A stretch of 64,000 nt of DNA. Source: the human T2T-CHM13v2.0 reference genome, Homo sapiens. A program made the position numbers and the translations under genes. The stretch is taken from the NCBI RefSeq assembly GCF_009914755.1, contig NC_060934.1; one strand, 5' to 3'. Shown here in pieces: positions 1 to 15,532 of the stretch; positions within the stretch are counted from its first letter, which is position 1; every line of letters starts with the position of its first letter. The notes beneath the pieces are model-generated. The model did not search any database and was not told the DNA's origin. It saw only the letters and a list, made by a program, of their open reading frames with translations.

Positions 1-1589
1 AGGGGGTTACTGATCACTATGCTGGAACAACAAGGAAAGCCGGCCTCCCTGGACCGCTGGGCATCCCACCATGGCGAGGCAAGGAGCTTGGGCCATGTTC
101 CAGGCACAGCCAGCAGCCTCTGGGAGCCTTAAAGCTGGACATGACCTGACTTCTATTTGCATATTATATATTATAAATATGTTTATATATTTAAAATATT
201 TTGACGTGTTAAACATACCCTCTGGCTGCTGTGGGAGGGGCTGAGGGGAGCAGAGAGCAGTGGGAGGCAGCTGCTCAGAGGTCCGTGCCATGGCTGAGGG
301 TGGCAGCCGTGGAGGGGCATGGGGCAGAGGCACCAGGATATGTGGGCAGGCAGGGGTAGAATCTGTGGGTGGATGGTGTGTGGAACTGCTCTGGGACACG
401 GGGGAGAGGAGCCAGGAGGTGTTGGCAGGCGGGGGTAGAGCGTGCGGGTGGACGGTGCATGGGATGCTCCAGGCTTGGGTCTGAGCAGCAGTGGCCGGGC
501 TGCCCTTTGCTGAGGTGGCATCTGGGCGAGGATGATGGGCACTGGGGGCCGGAGGACATCAAGGACTCTGCGTGAGACAGGACACCGTGGAGCCTCACAC
601 CAACATCCAGGCGGGGGCTGACATTTGGGTGGTGAGCACAGGTGCCTGCTGTCCCGCGGGGCACACGGGCCTCAGGTGTGGGAGCGGGGTCTCCGGGTGG
701 TGGGAGATGCTGCCCAGAGAACAGTGCGAGGGGAGACGGGGCTGGGACCTGCCCTGGGCACTCGGCTCGTCAGCTGGGAAGCCCAGAGAGGGCAGCGAGG
801 AGGCCATACTCTTGGACTTCACCCACCTCATGCCTGCTTCCAGAACATTCCATCCCGCCTCTGTTCTTTCGGGCTGTTAGGTTTTAAGAAGGGTCTCTTT
901 TCCTGGTTCCTTATTTTGTTCAATTGTATTCTTTTCTTCAGTGTTTTTGTCTACAAAGTCCCGCTTGGCTCTGTGTTCACAGAGATTTATGTGAATGTCT
1001 TGCATTTTAAAGAAGTCTCCTGCCTTCCCCTGGGGACTGTCTGCTTATTACTGTGGGTAACTGAATGTTCTGAGCCTATAGGAGTGGGGAAATAGTTCCC
1101 ATGAAGGGTCTGGGATTCGGATTCTCCTTGTCCACAGCCACGTGTCTCCTTGGACAGGGCAGCTCTCCACCTCCCCTTGGACACCGGCTCACATGGTGGA
1201 CGCATCTGACTCTCCAGCCGCCGCTTCTTGGTCAGCCTGCCTCTGCCTGGCTGCGAATCCCCTCTCTCGCTCCCTCTGTCTTTCCCTTCTGCCCCCTTTG
1301 GCTGCTCCATTCTTTCCTACTCCTTAGAAAAAAATAGACAGTTCTCATCAGAGAGCATGCACAGCTAGGGTTTGAAAGACTGTGACCGTCCCACTTTCTA
1401 AAGCGTGACTTACTGAAATATACAAGAAACACACCTACCTAGTGACCAGGATGCTGTATATCCCTGGTCTGAAAGCAGTTGTCACCTCAGTTCAGGGCTC
1501 ACTAGCCACTCTTGGCCTGCTTTAGGGGATTCAATTTGCACCTCCCAGGATTCTGTGATAAAGCTCAGGAGGTAGATGATCTGTGAATG

Positions 1590-2250
1590 GCCGAAAGCAT
1601 TAGCAGTATTATTTAAGGACATGCAAATCAAAACAAAGTTGAATGCACCCAGTCACTTTTATACATGGCAGATCCCCGGGGTTGCTGATTGGGTGGAGAA
1701 GTGATGCCCTCAGAAGCCGCTGGAAGCCTCTCTGCAGGTGCCTTGGCCACCAGTGCACAGCCCTGAGATGCTGCCAGGCTTCTGTGACAGTGACTCCACT
1801 GTTAGAAAAAGCGGAATCCAGCAGATACACAGGGTGTTGGTTTTAGCTCTGCTAATGATAAGGAACAAAGCGGCCACCTGGCTGTCCCAGCCTGAGGAAA
1901 CTGCTAAGGACGTTAGGTTGTATTTACGCAGCAGACTGCCCTGCAGCCATTAGAATCTTGTTGAGGAAGAATGTTTGCTAATAGAGGAATTCCTCATCAT
2001 AGGGCTAAGAAAAGCCTGGGAAAGAGATAGCGGGGCTTTGTGGAGTTTTCCTTTTGAGGAAATCTTTGCCTGTACCAGGTCATGGAGACACTTTCCTATG
2101 TTTTCTTCTAGAAGCTGTGTTGTTTTACCTTTCAATTTTATATCGGAAACCTACCAGGGATTGATTTTGGCACATGAAGTAAGCAGGGTATGACTGTGGA
2201 TGTGAGATGGACCTGGCACCATTCACGTAAAAAAGGCTTTACCCGCTGCA
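1590..2250. mobile_element. Degraded L1 fragments of mixed orientation
   Basis: catgcaaatcaaaac L1-like motif on +; minus-strand translation KTTQLLEENIGKCLHDL resembles L1 ORF2 C-terminal sequence. Confidence 0.5.
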
Positions 2251-2619
2251 CTGCAGTTTCACTTTTACAATAAATCCATGGCCACGTGTGTGAGCCTGTG
2301 TCATAGACAGCGTTACTGTCCCGTCCTTCGCCTCTCCCGGGAGGATGCCTGTGCCGTGCGACTTTGTAGAGCTTTGCTTTGTTCTGGCCAGTGTAGCAGT
2401 GATCTGGGCCAGGCCCAAGCCCAACCCTCTGTGTCCCTTGCTTACTCCTTTACCTCTGTCCTCTCTGTGAGGAGACTGTGTCTAGACTAGTGGCCAGTCC
2501 CAGGAAAATTGCCACGTGGTACCCACTGAGTCCAGCCTAGGCCACCTGACTCCAGCTGACTACCCGACTGATGAGAAACAAGGAATGGTTGTTGCTTCTG
2601 TGCAGCATGGCACAAGTTT

Positions 2620-2915
2620 ACTTATTATTTCTGAGACAGGGTCTCATTCTGTCACCCAGGCTATAGTGCAGTGGTGCGATCACAGCTCACTGCAGCCTCT
2701 ACCCCCCGGCTCAAGCAATCCTCCCACTTCATCTTCCCAAGTAGCTGGGACTACAGGCGTGCATCACTGCACCTGGCTAATTTTTTAATTAATTTATTTT
2801 TTTTGTACAGATGGGGTCTCACTGTGTTGCCCAGGCTGGTCTTGAACTCCTCAAGCCATCCTCCTGCCTCTGCCTCCCACAGTGCTGGGATTACAGGATG
2901 TGCCACTGTGCTGGG
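2620..2915 (-). mobile_element. Alu (AluJ-like), antisense
   Basis: gagacagggtctcattctgtcacccagg...gtagctgggactacagg...gtgctgggattacagg dimeric Alu pattern. Confidence 0.9.
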
Positions 2916-2949
2916 ACAGCAGAAGTTGGCTGTTAGTCATGGTAGCTCC

Positions 2950-3350
2950 CTGAGACAGTCTGTTTTGGATTCTGTTCTGTCTTGGTTCTTTGCATTTCCA
3001 TCTACATTTTAGAATCCATTTGGAGATTTGCATTTTTATAAAAGCTTCTATACATTGAATTGCATTGAATCTATAGATCAATTTGGGGAAAATAAACATG
3101 TTTATAATATTGAGTCTTTGGGTTCATGAGTATGATATATTCTTCCATTTATTTAAACGCTTTTAAATTTCTGTCAGTAACACCTGGTAGTTTTCAGCAC
3201 CGAGGTCTTGGGCGTGTTTTCTAACACGTCTTCAAAAGTGTTGGTTTTTTTGATACCATTATAAATGGTACATTTGGTATTTTCATTCCTAATTATTTGC
3301 TGATGATATATAGAAATCCAGTGATTTAAAAAATATTTGAATTGAGCGTT
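2950..3350 (-). mobile_element. Old L1 ORF2 fragment
   Basis: Minus-strand translation PKLIYRFNAI...WILKCRWKCKEPR matches L1 ORF2 motifs; AT-rich. Confidence 0.75.
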
Positions 3351-3588
3351 CCTCAATGAATTCATTTCTTCATTCAACCAATGTAATGAATACATATTTT
3401 TCCAGGATATGGGAAAAGCATGGTGAGTGGCTGCTGTGATCGGGCGAGGGTGAATTACGCATGAAGTGTTAGCTGCTGTGGCTCCGATTCCATAGACACT
3501 TCCCCAAGCTGCCAAATGCCTATCTGTTCAAATTAGCGCTGAGCACTGTTCATACTACACAGCTCTGCAATCAGCTCCAGCACTGGCA

Positions 3589-3694
3589 GGTCACCGCGAT
3601 CGCGGCTAGGGGTCACCCTGCCGGGTCACCGCGATCGCGGCTAGGGGTCACCCTGGTGGGTCACCGCGATCGCGGCTAGGGGTCACCCTGGCGG
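3589..3694. repeat. 35-bp tandem repeat x3 carrying the palindrome CCGCGATCGCGG
   Basis: tcaccgcgatcgcggctaggggtcaccctg starts at 3591, 3626, 3661. Confidence 0.93.
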
Positions 3695-4700
3695 GGCACT
3701 GATCATGGTTGGGGTCATGCCAGTGGTACACTTCTGTGATCAGAGGGGGACTCTGGGCCCCTGCTACCGATGGGCTGGGATCCCACCAGCGGCCCAGAGG
3801 AGGCCTCCGCACAGCCGCTTGTCAGCCTGGCTGCACTCATCTGGGCCCTTCTAGGCGCCACAGCCCTGATCTTGCACTCTAGTTTTCTGCATTATCCTGG
3901 AGTCCTCTCAGGGGAAATTACGGCTGGTTTGAAATGGAGATGTTGACCTGTGACTCGGTGCCAGCAGGACAGGACTGGCAGAGGAGGTTGGTGTGTTCCT
4001 CTTCAGCGTGTCATTCACGTAAAGGAAATAGTGCTTAAATAGTTGTCTCCAAAGAGGACCCCAAATTCTAGAGCAATTGTTGGAGGTTAGCAGAAGATAA
4101 TTTCTCTGGAAATAAGATGTAAAGAAAAATGTCGTTTCTAGTAGAAATGTGGCTTGACTAAAAGTTAACTCGTGAAAAAAAAATGAAAGGACCTTTGTCC
4201 ATTTCATTTAAGATTCTGTCAACCTTGGAGCAGCCCTGAGGGCTCAGCTGTCCTCCAGCTCCCACTGGAGCCGTGAACATTTGGCGACGTCATCAATGAA
4301 GTATGGCCGTGTCCAGCCATAAGCGGGCATTGGGCCGGATGTGCTGGAAACTCCTCGGAGCGGGAGAGCAAAGCCCTTGGCAGCAGAGCCTGGCCCACGG
4401 CAGGCAGCGGTCCCGGCACTGTGGTCTGAATATAGGACCCCCACAGCGTGTCCTCCCTTAACCCCAGACAGGCCCTTGCTGGGCTATTTTGCTTCTTAGA
4501 AGAAGTGCCTTTTCTCCGCGGTTTCAAACAGTAACAACACAATCTCAACTTCTGGAACGTATTTTTGATTCAGATACCAACAATTCTCATGAATAACAAC
4601 TGATAAAACCTTTCAGCGCGTTACAGATTCCGGTGGGTGACCTCAGGTTTGCCTGAACAGTACCTGCTCCTCAGGTGTTCAGTGATTTTCAAAAAAATCT

Positions 4701-6241
<1,541 letters not shown>

Positions 6242-7379
6242 TAACTTGGGCCACAGCAAGAAACCTAGAAATCGGCACTGCCCATCCACACCGCAGGGTT
6301 CACGGACATCTCTTCTTAGTGTCCCGGGTCACACCTGACACCAGGCAGGGCTCAGTGTTTCGCAGCAGGAGTCCCACACATCCTCACGGGGGGACTCAGA
6401 GGGAATTCTCCAGTGATTCTCCAGTTGAACTCACAGGATCCAGAGAGGCGAGATCAGGAGGCCCCGGGGGGTGGGATGGCCCCCAGCTGCCCTGAGGTCC
6501 CTGTCTCTGCAGAACCGTTGCACTTGGGCTGGACCAGATGAGCTGCCGGTTTTGTGGATCAATGAGGTCTAACGTTGGCATCTGGTGCAGCCTAATAGCT
6601 CCAGAGACCTGGGCACCCATGGCAGGCACCAGGAGAGTCGATGTTCTCAAAGGCCCAGGGTTCAGCTGACGAGAATGTCCAGGGATTGCAAGGGACTGAT
6701 TCCACCCGATGCCCCTTGTCCTTTGGAGAGGAGACTGTCCTGTGATTTTGGGGGAAATGGAGCTCTGTCTTAGAGGTGCGTGCCCCAGCCCTGTGCCTCT
6801 TCAGGACCCGGAGCCCCGGGCACCTTGGGTGGGATGCAGTGGTCTTTCCACGGGGCGTGGCTGTGCACCTGGGGCAGCCTCCCTCTGCCTGCTTCCCGGG
6901 GCCTCCGGTCTCCAGGGATGGCCTCCAGGCTGGGCCAGCATGTGGAACTCCCAGAGAGGGGCAGCCGCTCTCCACACCCACAGCCAGGAAGGGAGAACCA
7001 GCCATTGTGGAGTAAATATGACCTCGCCACAGTGTACACGTGGGTGCCCCCAAACGTGCCTAACCCGGGTGATTCCCTTCCTTTCCAAAGTGGTCCCTGT
7101 TCCAACCTCCCCTACACCTCTTCGCCCTGTCCCAAGCCACATATCGATGTCACCTTAGCAACCCAAGGACCCGGCCCAAACCAGCACTCATAAGAACCGG
7201 GTGCTTTCTTCGCGTGACACGATGCTTGCTTTTCTGTGCGGGGAAGGAAGGAAGCGTTGCCACTGTCCCGGGAAGGTGGGAGGGACAGGTGGCTGCCTCT
7301 GCCCAGTGCCACACGACCCTTTCATTTGTCTTGGTTGGATTCGATGCTCTCAGTAGAGGAAGGCAGCTTTTTTCTTAAG

Positions 7380-8130
7380 TAAAGGCTCGTAACAGAAACC
7401 AGCAGTTCCCTGCCATCCCCTCTCACCCCCGATCTGAACCCCCAGAGGCAGCTATTCACAGTTCCTCTGGCTGATTCTTCTGGATTTTATTTCAAATTTT
7501 CAAAAGCATGCTCCAACCTGTGTCTTCACTCTCCATCCTCGCCAGATCTCTCCCCTCCGTACAGGCTTTTTTTTTTGCAGCTACGGGCAAGCTGGTCCTA
7601 AAACTTACACCGAAGTGCAGGTGTGTTCCCCGTTCTGTGGGTTATCTTTTCCTGTGCTCAACAGCATCGTGTTATGATCTAAGGTCTTAAATTTCAAAGT
7701 AAAACAGTCTAATTTGCTTATCTTTCCCTTTAGGATTGGTACTCACTTTGTCTTGTTTAGGAAATCTTTCGATCCCAGAGTCAGGAATCTTCATCTTTTA
7801 AAAATGTTATAGTTTCGTCTTGCATACTTATGTCTGTAGCAGCCCTTACTTCAAAAACCGCCTCCCCCTTTCTCACAGCTCCTCTCTGCCAGATTGCACC
7901 TGTTCTTACAAGAGTGGACTTTCTGGTGTCTCATTGTCAGTCCCTCCTCCGCCCTACTTTGTAGTAATTATTCTAGCTTTATAAAAAGGCTTCATTTCTG
8001 GAGTAGCACGTTCTCCTGCTTTGTTCACCTTAAAGAGTAACCTGCCTCTTCTTGGCCCTCTAGAATTCCATATACATTTCAGAATCATCTTTGCTGTAAA
8101 TTAAAAAGAACTGTTGGAATTTTGGGTTTT
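7380..8130. mobile_element. Degraded L1 fragments
   Basis: AT-rich; FFAATGKLVLKLTPKC resembles L1 ORF2 FFxEIDKLILKFIWKC; antisense ttcttggccc..ttccatatacatttcagaatca motif. Confidence 0.5.
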
Positions 8131-10384
8131 TAACCAAACTGTTCAAGGGTAAATTTTAGCAGAGGGTATAATCATGACTGTCATACAAACTCTACAATGA
8201 ACACGTCAAAGATTTTATTAACTCATTAATTGATGAGGAAACAAGATGTCACAACCAATTCAAATGAGGATTTGGCCCACAGAGATTCACGTTTCCTGCC
8301 TGACAAAACCCATTTGCATTCCCGTGAGCAGGAATCATGTCCACCTGTGCCCAGGAAATGCACACTTTGCTCACACTCTTCTCCAAGTTTAACTTTTCTT
8401 TCCATGGAGTCGTAGAATAGCCTAGTCAGAGACAAAGGCACAGGCCTCCCAGGGTCAGGTCGTCCCCAGGGCCTCTGGCATTCCAATACAAGGACAGTCA
8501 GAAATCTTCTCTTGCCTATTTCAAAGTCTTACATGATCTTTTCCTACAGAATCCATAGATTTGGGACATCTCCTTTATTTACTGTTTCGATGCTTAAACC
8601 CCTGTCAGTGGGAAGACCAGTGTTGCCCGTGAGAGCCCCTGCCCCACCACCAACATCCAGGAACTCTGGGTCTGCTTGGGTCCTGCGGGGGAGGGATTGG
8701 CTGGGGGCTCACATCCCATCCGCGGTGTGACTCGCCCCTTCCCCCAGGGGTGGCTGCTGGAGCCCAGCTCAGTCCGCACAGCTGCTGGGATGCACTTCCT
8801 TCCTCCACCCCTGACCACAGCTGCCCAGGCCTCATCAGGGACACAGCTCCCATCAGTTCACCCTCAGCCCCATTCCCAGAGCCCAGCTATCTATCTGTCT
8901 ATATCCTGGTTTTGTGCAATTTAAATAAAATAATGAAAAACCCAGGGAGTACTTGGCTCCATGCCCATATCACAAGAGGTGCCCTGAGGGCATCAGCTGT
9001 GGTGAGAGGTGCCCTGAGGGTGTCAGCTGTGGTGATGGAGCTTCTGGTGGCATCAGGAATCCAGCCACCAGGACCCTTTCTTCCTGGGGACCCTGTCCCA
9101 ATGGGGCCCCCTTGCCTAACTGACAAGGGTCCCAGGACCTCAGATCTTCTCTTTTAAGGCCGTCATTTATGAGAGAACACCCCGGCCTCTAAAATCCCGT
9201 GGTGACGGACAGGGCTGCTCCCCAGGCCCAGCTGTGAGGGAGTGTCTGGAGTTAAATCTACGCGTGAGGTGGAGGGGCTGGGAGAGCCAGGCAGGTGTGT
9301 GGCCGCTCGAGCTGCGGGGGCAGCGGCACAGCGTGGTGTCCAGCCTGGGCATGAGAGGCAGCTTCATGAGGATGGGGAAGTCTGGGATGGAAGCTGCTCA
9401 GAGAGGGACTCGGAACAGGGCTGGGACAGAAAAGTGGGAGGAAGGTGGACTGGGGGCAGGGGACTGGGGGCAGTCAGAGAAGAGGCAGGCTGGGGTGAGG
9501 GTGGGGTCCAGAGGCAGGGCCCTGCCCCAAGTGTCAGCAGAGTCAGTAGAGCTGGGGGTGCTGCTGGACCTTTAAGCCCAGGGCAGGACAGTGGCCTCCC
9601 GGGCCTGGCAGGAGCTGCAGGCGGGAGGAACATCATTCCCAGGTTCCAGGACAGCCGCCAACCCAGCTCATGGGGCTCCAGCAAGGCTAGGTGGGCGACG
9701 GAGGCCTCGGGTTCTCCCAACGAGAGACAGCTACTATTACAGCTGAAAATATCACATAACCTTGGTTCCTTACATCAGGCAAACATTTTGCTGTTTCTGT
9801 GGCCATAGCACGGGCCGGCACCTGAGTCCTAGAACATTCTGGTGTGGGACGCTCGGCCTCACCGGGCCCTGGGTGAGGACGTAGCAGGTCAGGGATGGGT
9901 CTCTGCTGCAGGGAGCGCCAGCCTCTGGGAGGAATCGATCTTTGCTCACGGTCAGACATTGCTCCCTCGAGAGCTGTCCCATGATGGCCTCCACCCCCAG
10001 GTGTGGGCACATTGCCGTGGCCCTGGGAGGGTGGTATCTGAGTCTGGGGACGGGCAGGCCTGGGGATAGAGCATTGTGGACGAGGCTGGCCTGACTGGGA
10101 CACTGTGGGAGCTGGGGGTTTCCGTGCCTCCCTTGCTACTTAGCGCCACACGCATGGCCACAACCCCAGCAAGGATGTGCTCTCTGAGGGCGCTGCTTCT
10201 ATGGGGTGGAACCTGTCCCACCAAGGTCCACCCTGAGGACAGTCGCGTCTGGCAGGGCTGGTGAAGGAGGGGGAGGGTCTGAGGGAGTCCTGGGTGTTCA
10301 GCACACACTCAGAACCATCATCTTCTCTTCCCAAAATGGACCCCGTGATTCAAGGTTCTGCCTCCCTAACTCTGGCCAGCAAAG

Positions 10385-10472
10385 CCTCCTGTCTTTACTT
10401 TGGGTCTGTTTTGTTCACTACTCAGTCCCCAGCACCTACGGTAGGTGTTCAATAAATTTTTGTTGAATGGAT
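10385..10472 (+). mobile_element. L2 3' end fragment
   Basis: cagcacct...gtaggtgttcaataaatttttgttgaatg is the typical L2 tail. Confidence 0.6.
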
Positions 10473-10551
10473 TTCAACAAGAGGTGGCCCATTGGTAAAG
10501 AGCACAGCACCCCTGTCCCCGCAAAGGCCCAGAGTCAGAGGCCTCCCCAGC

Positions 10552-10705
10552 CCCCCTGGTCGGCTCCCCGGCTGTCGGGGCCCTGACTGCCCCCCGGTCG
10601 GCTCCCCGGCTGTTGGGGCCCTGACTGCCCCCCGGTCGGCTCCCCGGCTGTTGGGGCCCTGACTGCCCCCCGGTCGGCTCCCCGGCTGTCGGGGCCCTGA
10701 CTGCC
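10552..10705. repeat. 38-bp GC-rich tandem repeat x4
   Basis: ggtcggctccccggctgtYggggccctgactgcccccc at 10558, 10596, 10634, 10672. Confidence 0.93.
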
Positions 10706-12600
10706 ACCTGCCCCAGCACCCCAGCCTTGGCCCAGACACCAGCCTGACTGTGGGTCTTCTGGGCCGAGGCTCCTGGGTGCCAACGGGAGGCTGTTGCCAT
10801 CTCAGGAGCCCACTGGGCACCTCAGTTAGCCCTGGATGGGGAGAGACTGGAGGGGCCACACAGCAGGGCAGGGACTGGGCAGGGGCAGAAGCCCAGCCGG
10901 GCAGGGCCACACCTGCTCTCAGAGCATGGAGGCTTTAACAGGCAAGCCCTCTGTCTTGTCCTGGGACCCTAAGTGCAGGCCTGGAAGTGTGGCACCTGGT
11001 GAGGGCTCAGGGTCTCAGAGAGGAAGCCAGATGGAGGGAAGACAGGAGAGGCCTGCAGGGTGGGGATGTGGGAGCCAACAGACACCCCAGACAAGCACGG
11101 TCGCTGCTGCCAGGGCAGGGCTGGGCACAGCAGGGCTGCAAGGCTGCACTCAGGGCTGGGCTGCTGGAGAAGCTGGGTTATCCAGTGGGTCAGGGACGCC
11201 CTCTCCCTGCCCAGAAGGTTGTGGTGGGTGGCACTGGGGTTAGAGCTGCTGCTTTGCCCTGTACGTGTCAGAATGCCTTAGCTAGGGAACTCAGGAATCA
11301 CCCACTGGCCCAGGGCCCATCATCTTCAGGCCCCAGTGATTCCACTGTGCAGACCCCTTGATTTTACAGCAGAGGAACCTGGAGCCTCGGAAGGCTCCGG
11401 AGCCAAATCCTCGTCTGCGCATGGCCCACTCTGTGCTCCTGGAGAAGCTGGGCTCCCAGCGGCTTTCTTGGCCAAATTTCTGCTAAAGTCAGACGTGGAA
11501 GGGGCGAGGCACTTTCCACCCACAGGTGCGATGACCAGTGCCCCATCCTGTCCGTGCATCTGGATGGTGACAGGCTCTGAGGACAGGGCCGAGCTGGGGC
11601 CCCAGAAGCAGCTGCGTGGCAGATCTGTGCCATGTCATCACAGAGCCTGAGAGAGCCGTCTGGGTGCACGCAGCTACTGCATGCACGCTCAGCGCGTTTG
11701 CTAAAATACAAGTTCAGACGTTGTTAAAGACTCTCTAAATCCAAAGAATTAGACGCAAAAGCCAGTTTCTCCTTCCCGTAAAGATCTGTGATTTCTAATA
11801 TTGGTTCCTCCTCCCCCAGTTGTCTAGACAGCTAGTTAAAGTGGAATGCTAATATACAGCAGTAATTAAAACCCCATTCAAATATGGCTATAAAAATGAG
11901 GTCAGTTTCTCCCCAAGTGCTATTTTGGGGGTAGGGGTAGGAGGAGTAGCCTGTCCTTGCTTTTTGCCTGGAGACGGGTGTCAGGTAAGTGACCGAGAGC
12001 TTGTGCCAGGCCCTTGCTCTCTGATGGCGTCGCTCAGAGTCTGGGCATGAGTGTGTCTTCAAAAATGGCATTGCTGAGTGCAGCAGCAGCAGCTTCCTTT
12101 GCACCCCAAGCCTGGCTCCCACATGATGCTTTGGTTTTGCTGAAGACCCTGAATTGTGACTTCCAGCCACCCACAGCCAGATGCAGCATCGGCTTCTGGG
12201 GCCAAAGCCTCACCGTACAGGTGCTTGCCTTGCAAATGATGAGGGGGTCCCTGAGGTAAGGCCCACCCTTGAGTAGCTGCCCACGGTCCTGGCTGTGGAT
12301 GTCCAGAGACACCTGCTGGGGACGAGTTTGGGAATATTGAGAGCCTTTAGAGTCCCAGGGCGTGGCTGTGCCCACAGCCGAACTAACCCAGAATTTCCAG
12401 AGGGTAACGCCTGGCATCAGGGTTCGCTTTTCTTTCCATTTTGTGGATGTTGAGGAAACGTCTACAGAGAATGGGCTCAAATCCGGAAGAAATGTGTGAT
12501 GATCTGAGGCTGTGTGTCCACCATGACCCAGCACTGGGGTGGGGGCCCAGCAGGATTGCCCCTCCCGGCAGCACCCGTCCTTCCGCTGCTGCTTTGCCCG

Positions 12601-12805
12601 CCCCGGTGCGTCACAGCCGAGCCGGCCACATCACCTACATCCATTGCCACGCGGTCGCCCGTCCCACCCTGGCACATCACAGCTGAACCAGCCGGCCGCG
12701 CCATACACGTCCATTGCCACATGGTCACCTGTCCCACCCCGGCACATCACAGCCGAGCCAGCCAGCTGTGCTACACATGTCCATTGCCACGTGGTCACCC
12801 GTCCT
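12601..12805. repeat. ~70-bp degenerate tandem repeat x3
   Basis: Recurrent catcacagccgagcc...tccattgccacRYggtcRcc.gtcc. Confidence 0.75.
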
Positions 12806-14087
12806 TCTGTGAGAGGCATTTGAGTCATGTCCCACACTTGGCCATCATACGAGCACCTATCACATCCTGGGTGGCCGCGTGCATGCCTTTCTCTTGTGCG
12901 TTCACGGGGCGACGAGGGGAATTGCAGTGTGGTAGGTCGGGCAGCTGCTTCACCTCAAGACAGAAGAGCCATTCGGCTGGTGGGCAGAGCCCCCTCTCGT
13001 TCTACATCCTCATCAGTGACAGTATTGCCATTTCTTTAGGACAGCGGCAAGAAAGAGGCTGGCCGTTCCACTGCCCATCTGCATGTCACCTTTCATAAAA
13101 CACCTGCTCATGTCTTCCCTGCCATTAAGCCAGAGTATTCACCTTCTCCCCGTTGATGGCTTCTCTCAGTTTGTGGCTGACCCAGTTGTCTTCCTCATGC
13201 TGGCTTTAGATGAAAGAAGTTTGGCATTTTAAGGAAGCCCGATTTGTCGGTTTCTTTTGTGTGCTGTGTGTGTCCGGTTTGGACATCCTCTGCCCCTCCG
13301 AGGGCGTGAAGTTGCCCCCTCTGTGTCGCTCAGATGCCTTATTGTTTTTCTCTTAACATTTAATTCTATAATTCGTCCGAGTTCGGTTTTTGTGAGTGGT
13401 TTGGGATGGATTGAGTTGGATATCCCTGCTTGCTGTGTGGATATCCAACTATTTCAGGACTGTTTTTTGAAAAGACCGTCCTTTGCCCCTGAACTGCGAT
13501 AGCGCTTTGGTCGTGCATCAAGTGAGCCCACAGACGCGGGTCTCTTTCCAGGCCCCGTTACGTTCTGCTGGTCTGGTGCTCCGCCTTGCGGCGTTAGTAC
13601 CACGTCTTAGTTCCGACACTCTAAAGCGCATCCTGACATCTCGTCGTCTAAGTTCTACAACTTCCTTCTTTCCCTTCTTCAAGATTGTTACCGCTGTTCT
13701 GTATGAAACTTAAATCAGCTTGTCAGTTTCCACAGAAAAACTGGCACCTTGAACCTTAATGAACCTGGTGTATTTACTGTTAGATTTTTCTCTTCTCTCA
13801 GCCATGTTTTGTAAATTTCAGTGTAGAGGTCTTACATATCATTATTATAATTATTCCTAAATATTTAACGTTTCATGCTATTATAAATGGTCTGCTTTTC
13901 ACATTTTAAAATATTACTTTCCAATTATTTTTCGCTGCTATACAGAAATACAATTGATTTTTATATCGATCTTCTAACCTGCAGCCTTGCTAAATTCACT
14001 TATTAATTCTAACAGCTTGTTTGTATATTTCAAAAATATTTTCCATGTACATAATGTTGTATGTGAACAAAGACAGTTTTGGGGGTT

Positions 14088-14213
14088 GTTTTTTGAGAGA
14101 TAAGTTCTCATGATCGTATCTCACTGCAGCCGTAAACTCATGGGCTCACGCAGTCCTCCCGCCTCACGTCCCAAAGTGCTGGGATGACAGGAGTGAGCCA
14201 CCATACCTCATCC
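14088..14213 (-). mobile_element. Partial Alu/FLAM
   Basis: ctcactgcagcc...cccaaagtgctgggatgacaggagtgagccacc. Confidence 0.75.
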
Positions 14214-14450
14214 CGAAGACAGTTTAAGTCTTCCTTTCCAAGCTCATACCTTTTGTTTTTTCCTTTGCCTTAATGCACTGTGAAGGCCTGCAGTGTAACT
14301 TTGAACAGAGGAGTGTTGAGAGTGACCACCTCCTGTCCTAATTCCCAGCTGCAGGTGAAAGTATCAAATATTCATTTCACCGACTGTGATGTTAGCTGCA
14401 GGTTGGTTGGTTGGTTTTGGTTTTGTTTTTGGTGGGTTTTTTGGCAATAC

Positions 14451-14736
14451 TTTTTTTTTTTTTTTCCCTGGACACGGTCTCGCTCTGTCACCCAGGCTGG
14501 AGTGCAGTGGTAAGATCACAGCTAACTGCAGCCTTGACCTCCCAGGCTCAAGTGATCCTCCTACCTCAGCCTCCTGAGTAGCTGGGACTACAGGCACATG
14601 CTGCCGTACCTGGCTAAGTTTTAAATTTGTTGTAGAGACAGGGTCTCGCTTTGTTGCCCAGGCTGGTCTTGAACTCCTGGCTCAACTGATCCTCCCAAAG
14701 TACTGTGATTACAGGTGTGAGCCACTGTGTCCAGCC
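14451..14736 (-). mobile_element. Alu (AluJ-like), antisense
   Basis: T-run then ggtctcgctctgtcacccaggctggagtgcagtgg...attacaggtgtgagccactgtgtccagcc. Confidence 0.9.
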
Positions 14737-15327
14737 AGCAATACTCTTCATCAGATTAAGAAAATTCCCTCGTATTCCTACTTTGCTAAGCATTTTTTTC
14801 ATGAATGGTTATGGAATTCTGTCAAATGCTTTTTATGCATAAATCAAAATGATCATGTGTTTTTTTCTTTATTCTGTTGATGAGATGACACGTTAATTGG
14901 CTTTTAAGTATAAAATAAGCATTGTATTTTTGGAATAAATTTTACTGGGCCATGATATATTGTCTATTTTATATATAAGTATACACTGGATTTAGGATTT
15001 TTTCCCACTTTTTATAATGTCCTTGCCAAGTTATGGTATCTAGATTTGGCTGGCCTCATAAAATGATTTTGGAACTATTCTCCTTTTTCTATTCTCTCAA
15101 TGAGTTTGTTCAACGTAAGTATATTTCTTCCTTAAGTGTTTGGAAAATTCACCAGTGAAGCTATTTGGGTCGGGAGTTTTGTGATATATTTTTAAATTAT
15201 GAATTAAATGTATTTAATAAATATAAAGTTCAGATTTTATGTTTATTTTTATGTTAAGTTTGGTAAAATAGATTCTTCAAGGAGTATATTCAGTTAATAC
15301 ACATCTTCCCACTTATTGACATTAGAC

Positions 15328-15495
15328 TTTTCTTTTTTTTTTTTTTTCGAGATGGTTTCTCACTCTGTTGCCCAGGCTAGAGTGCAATGGTGCCATCTTG
15401 GTTCACTGCAACTCTGCCTCCTGGGTTCAAGCGATTCTCCTGCCTCAGCCTCCCAAGTAGCTGGGATTACAGGTGTGCGCCACCATGCCTGGCTA

Positions 15496-15532
<37 letters not shown>

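Noticed and set aside
8140-8560. Possible LTR/MER fragment
   Set aside because: Only a vague resemblance; cannot be assigned without RepeatMasker.
10451-10456. AATAAA as an intronic poly(A) signal
   Set aside because: Part of the standard L2 3' tail; no linked terminal exon seen.
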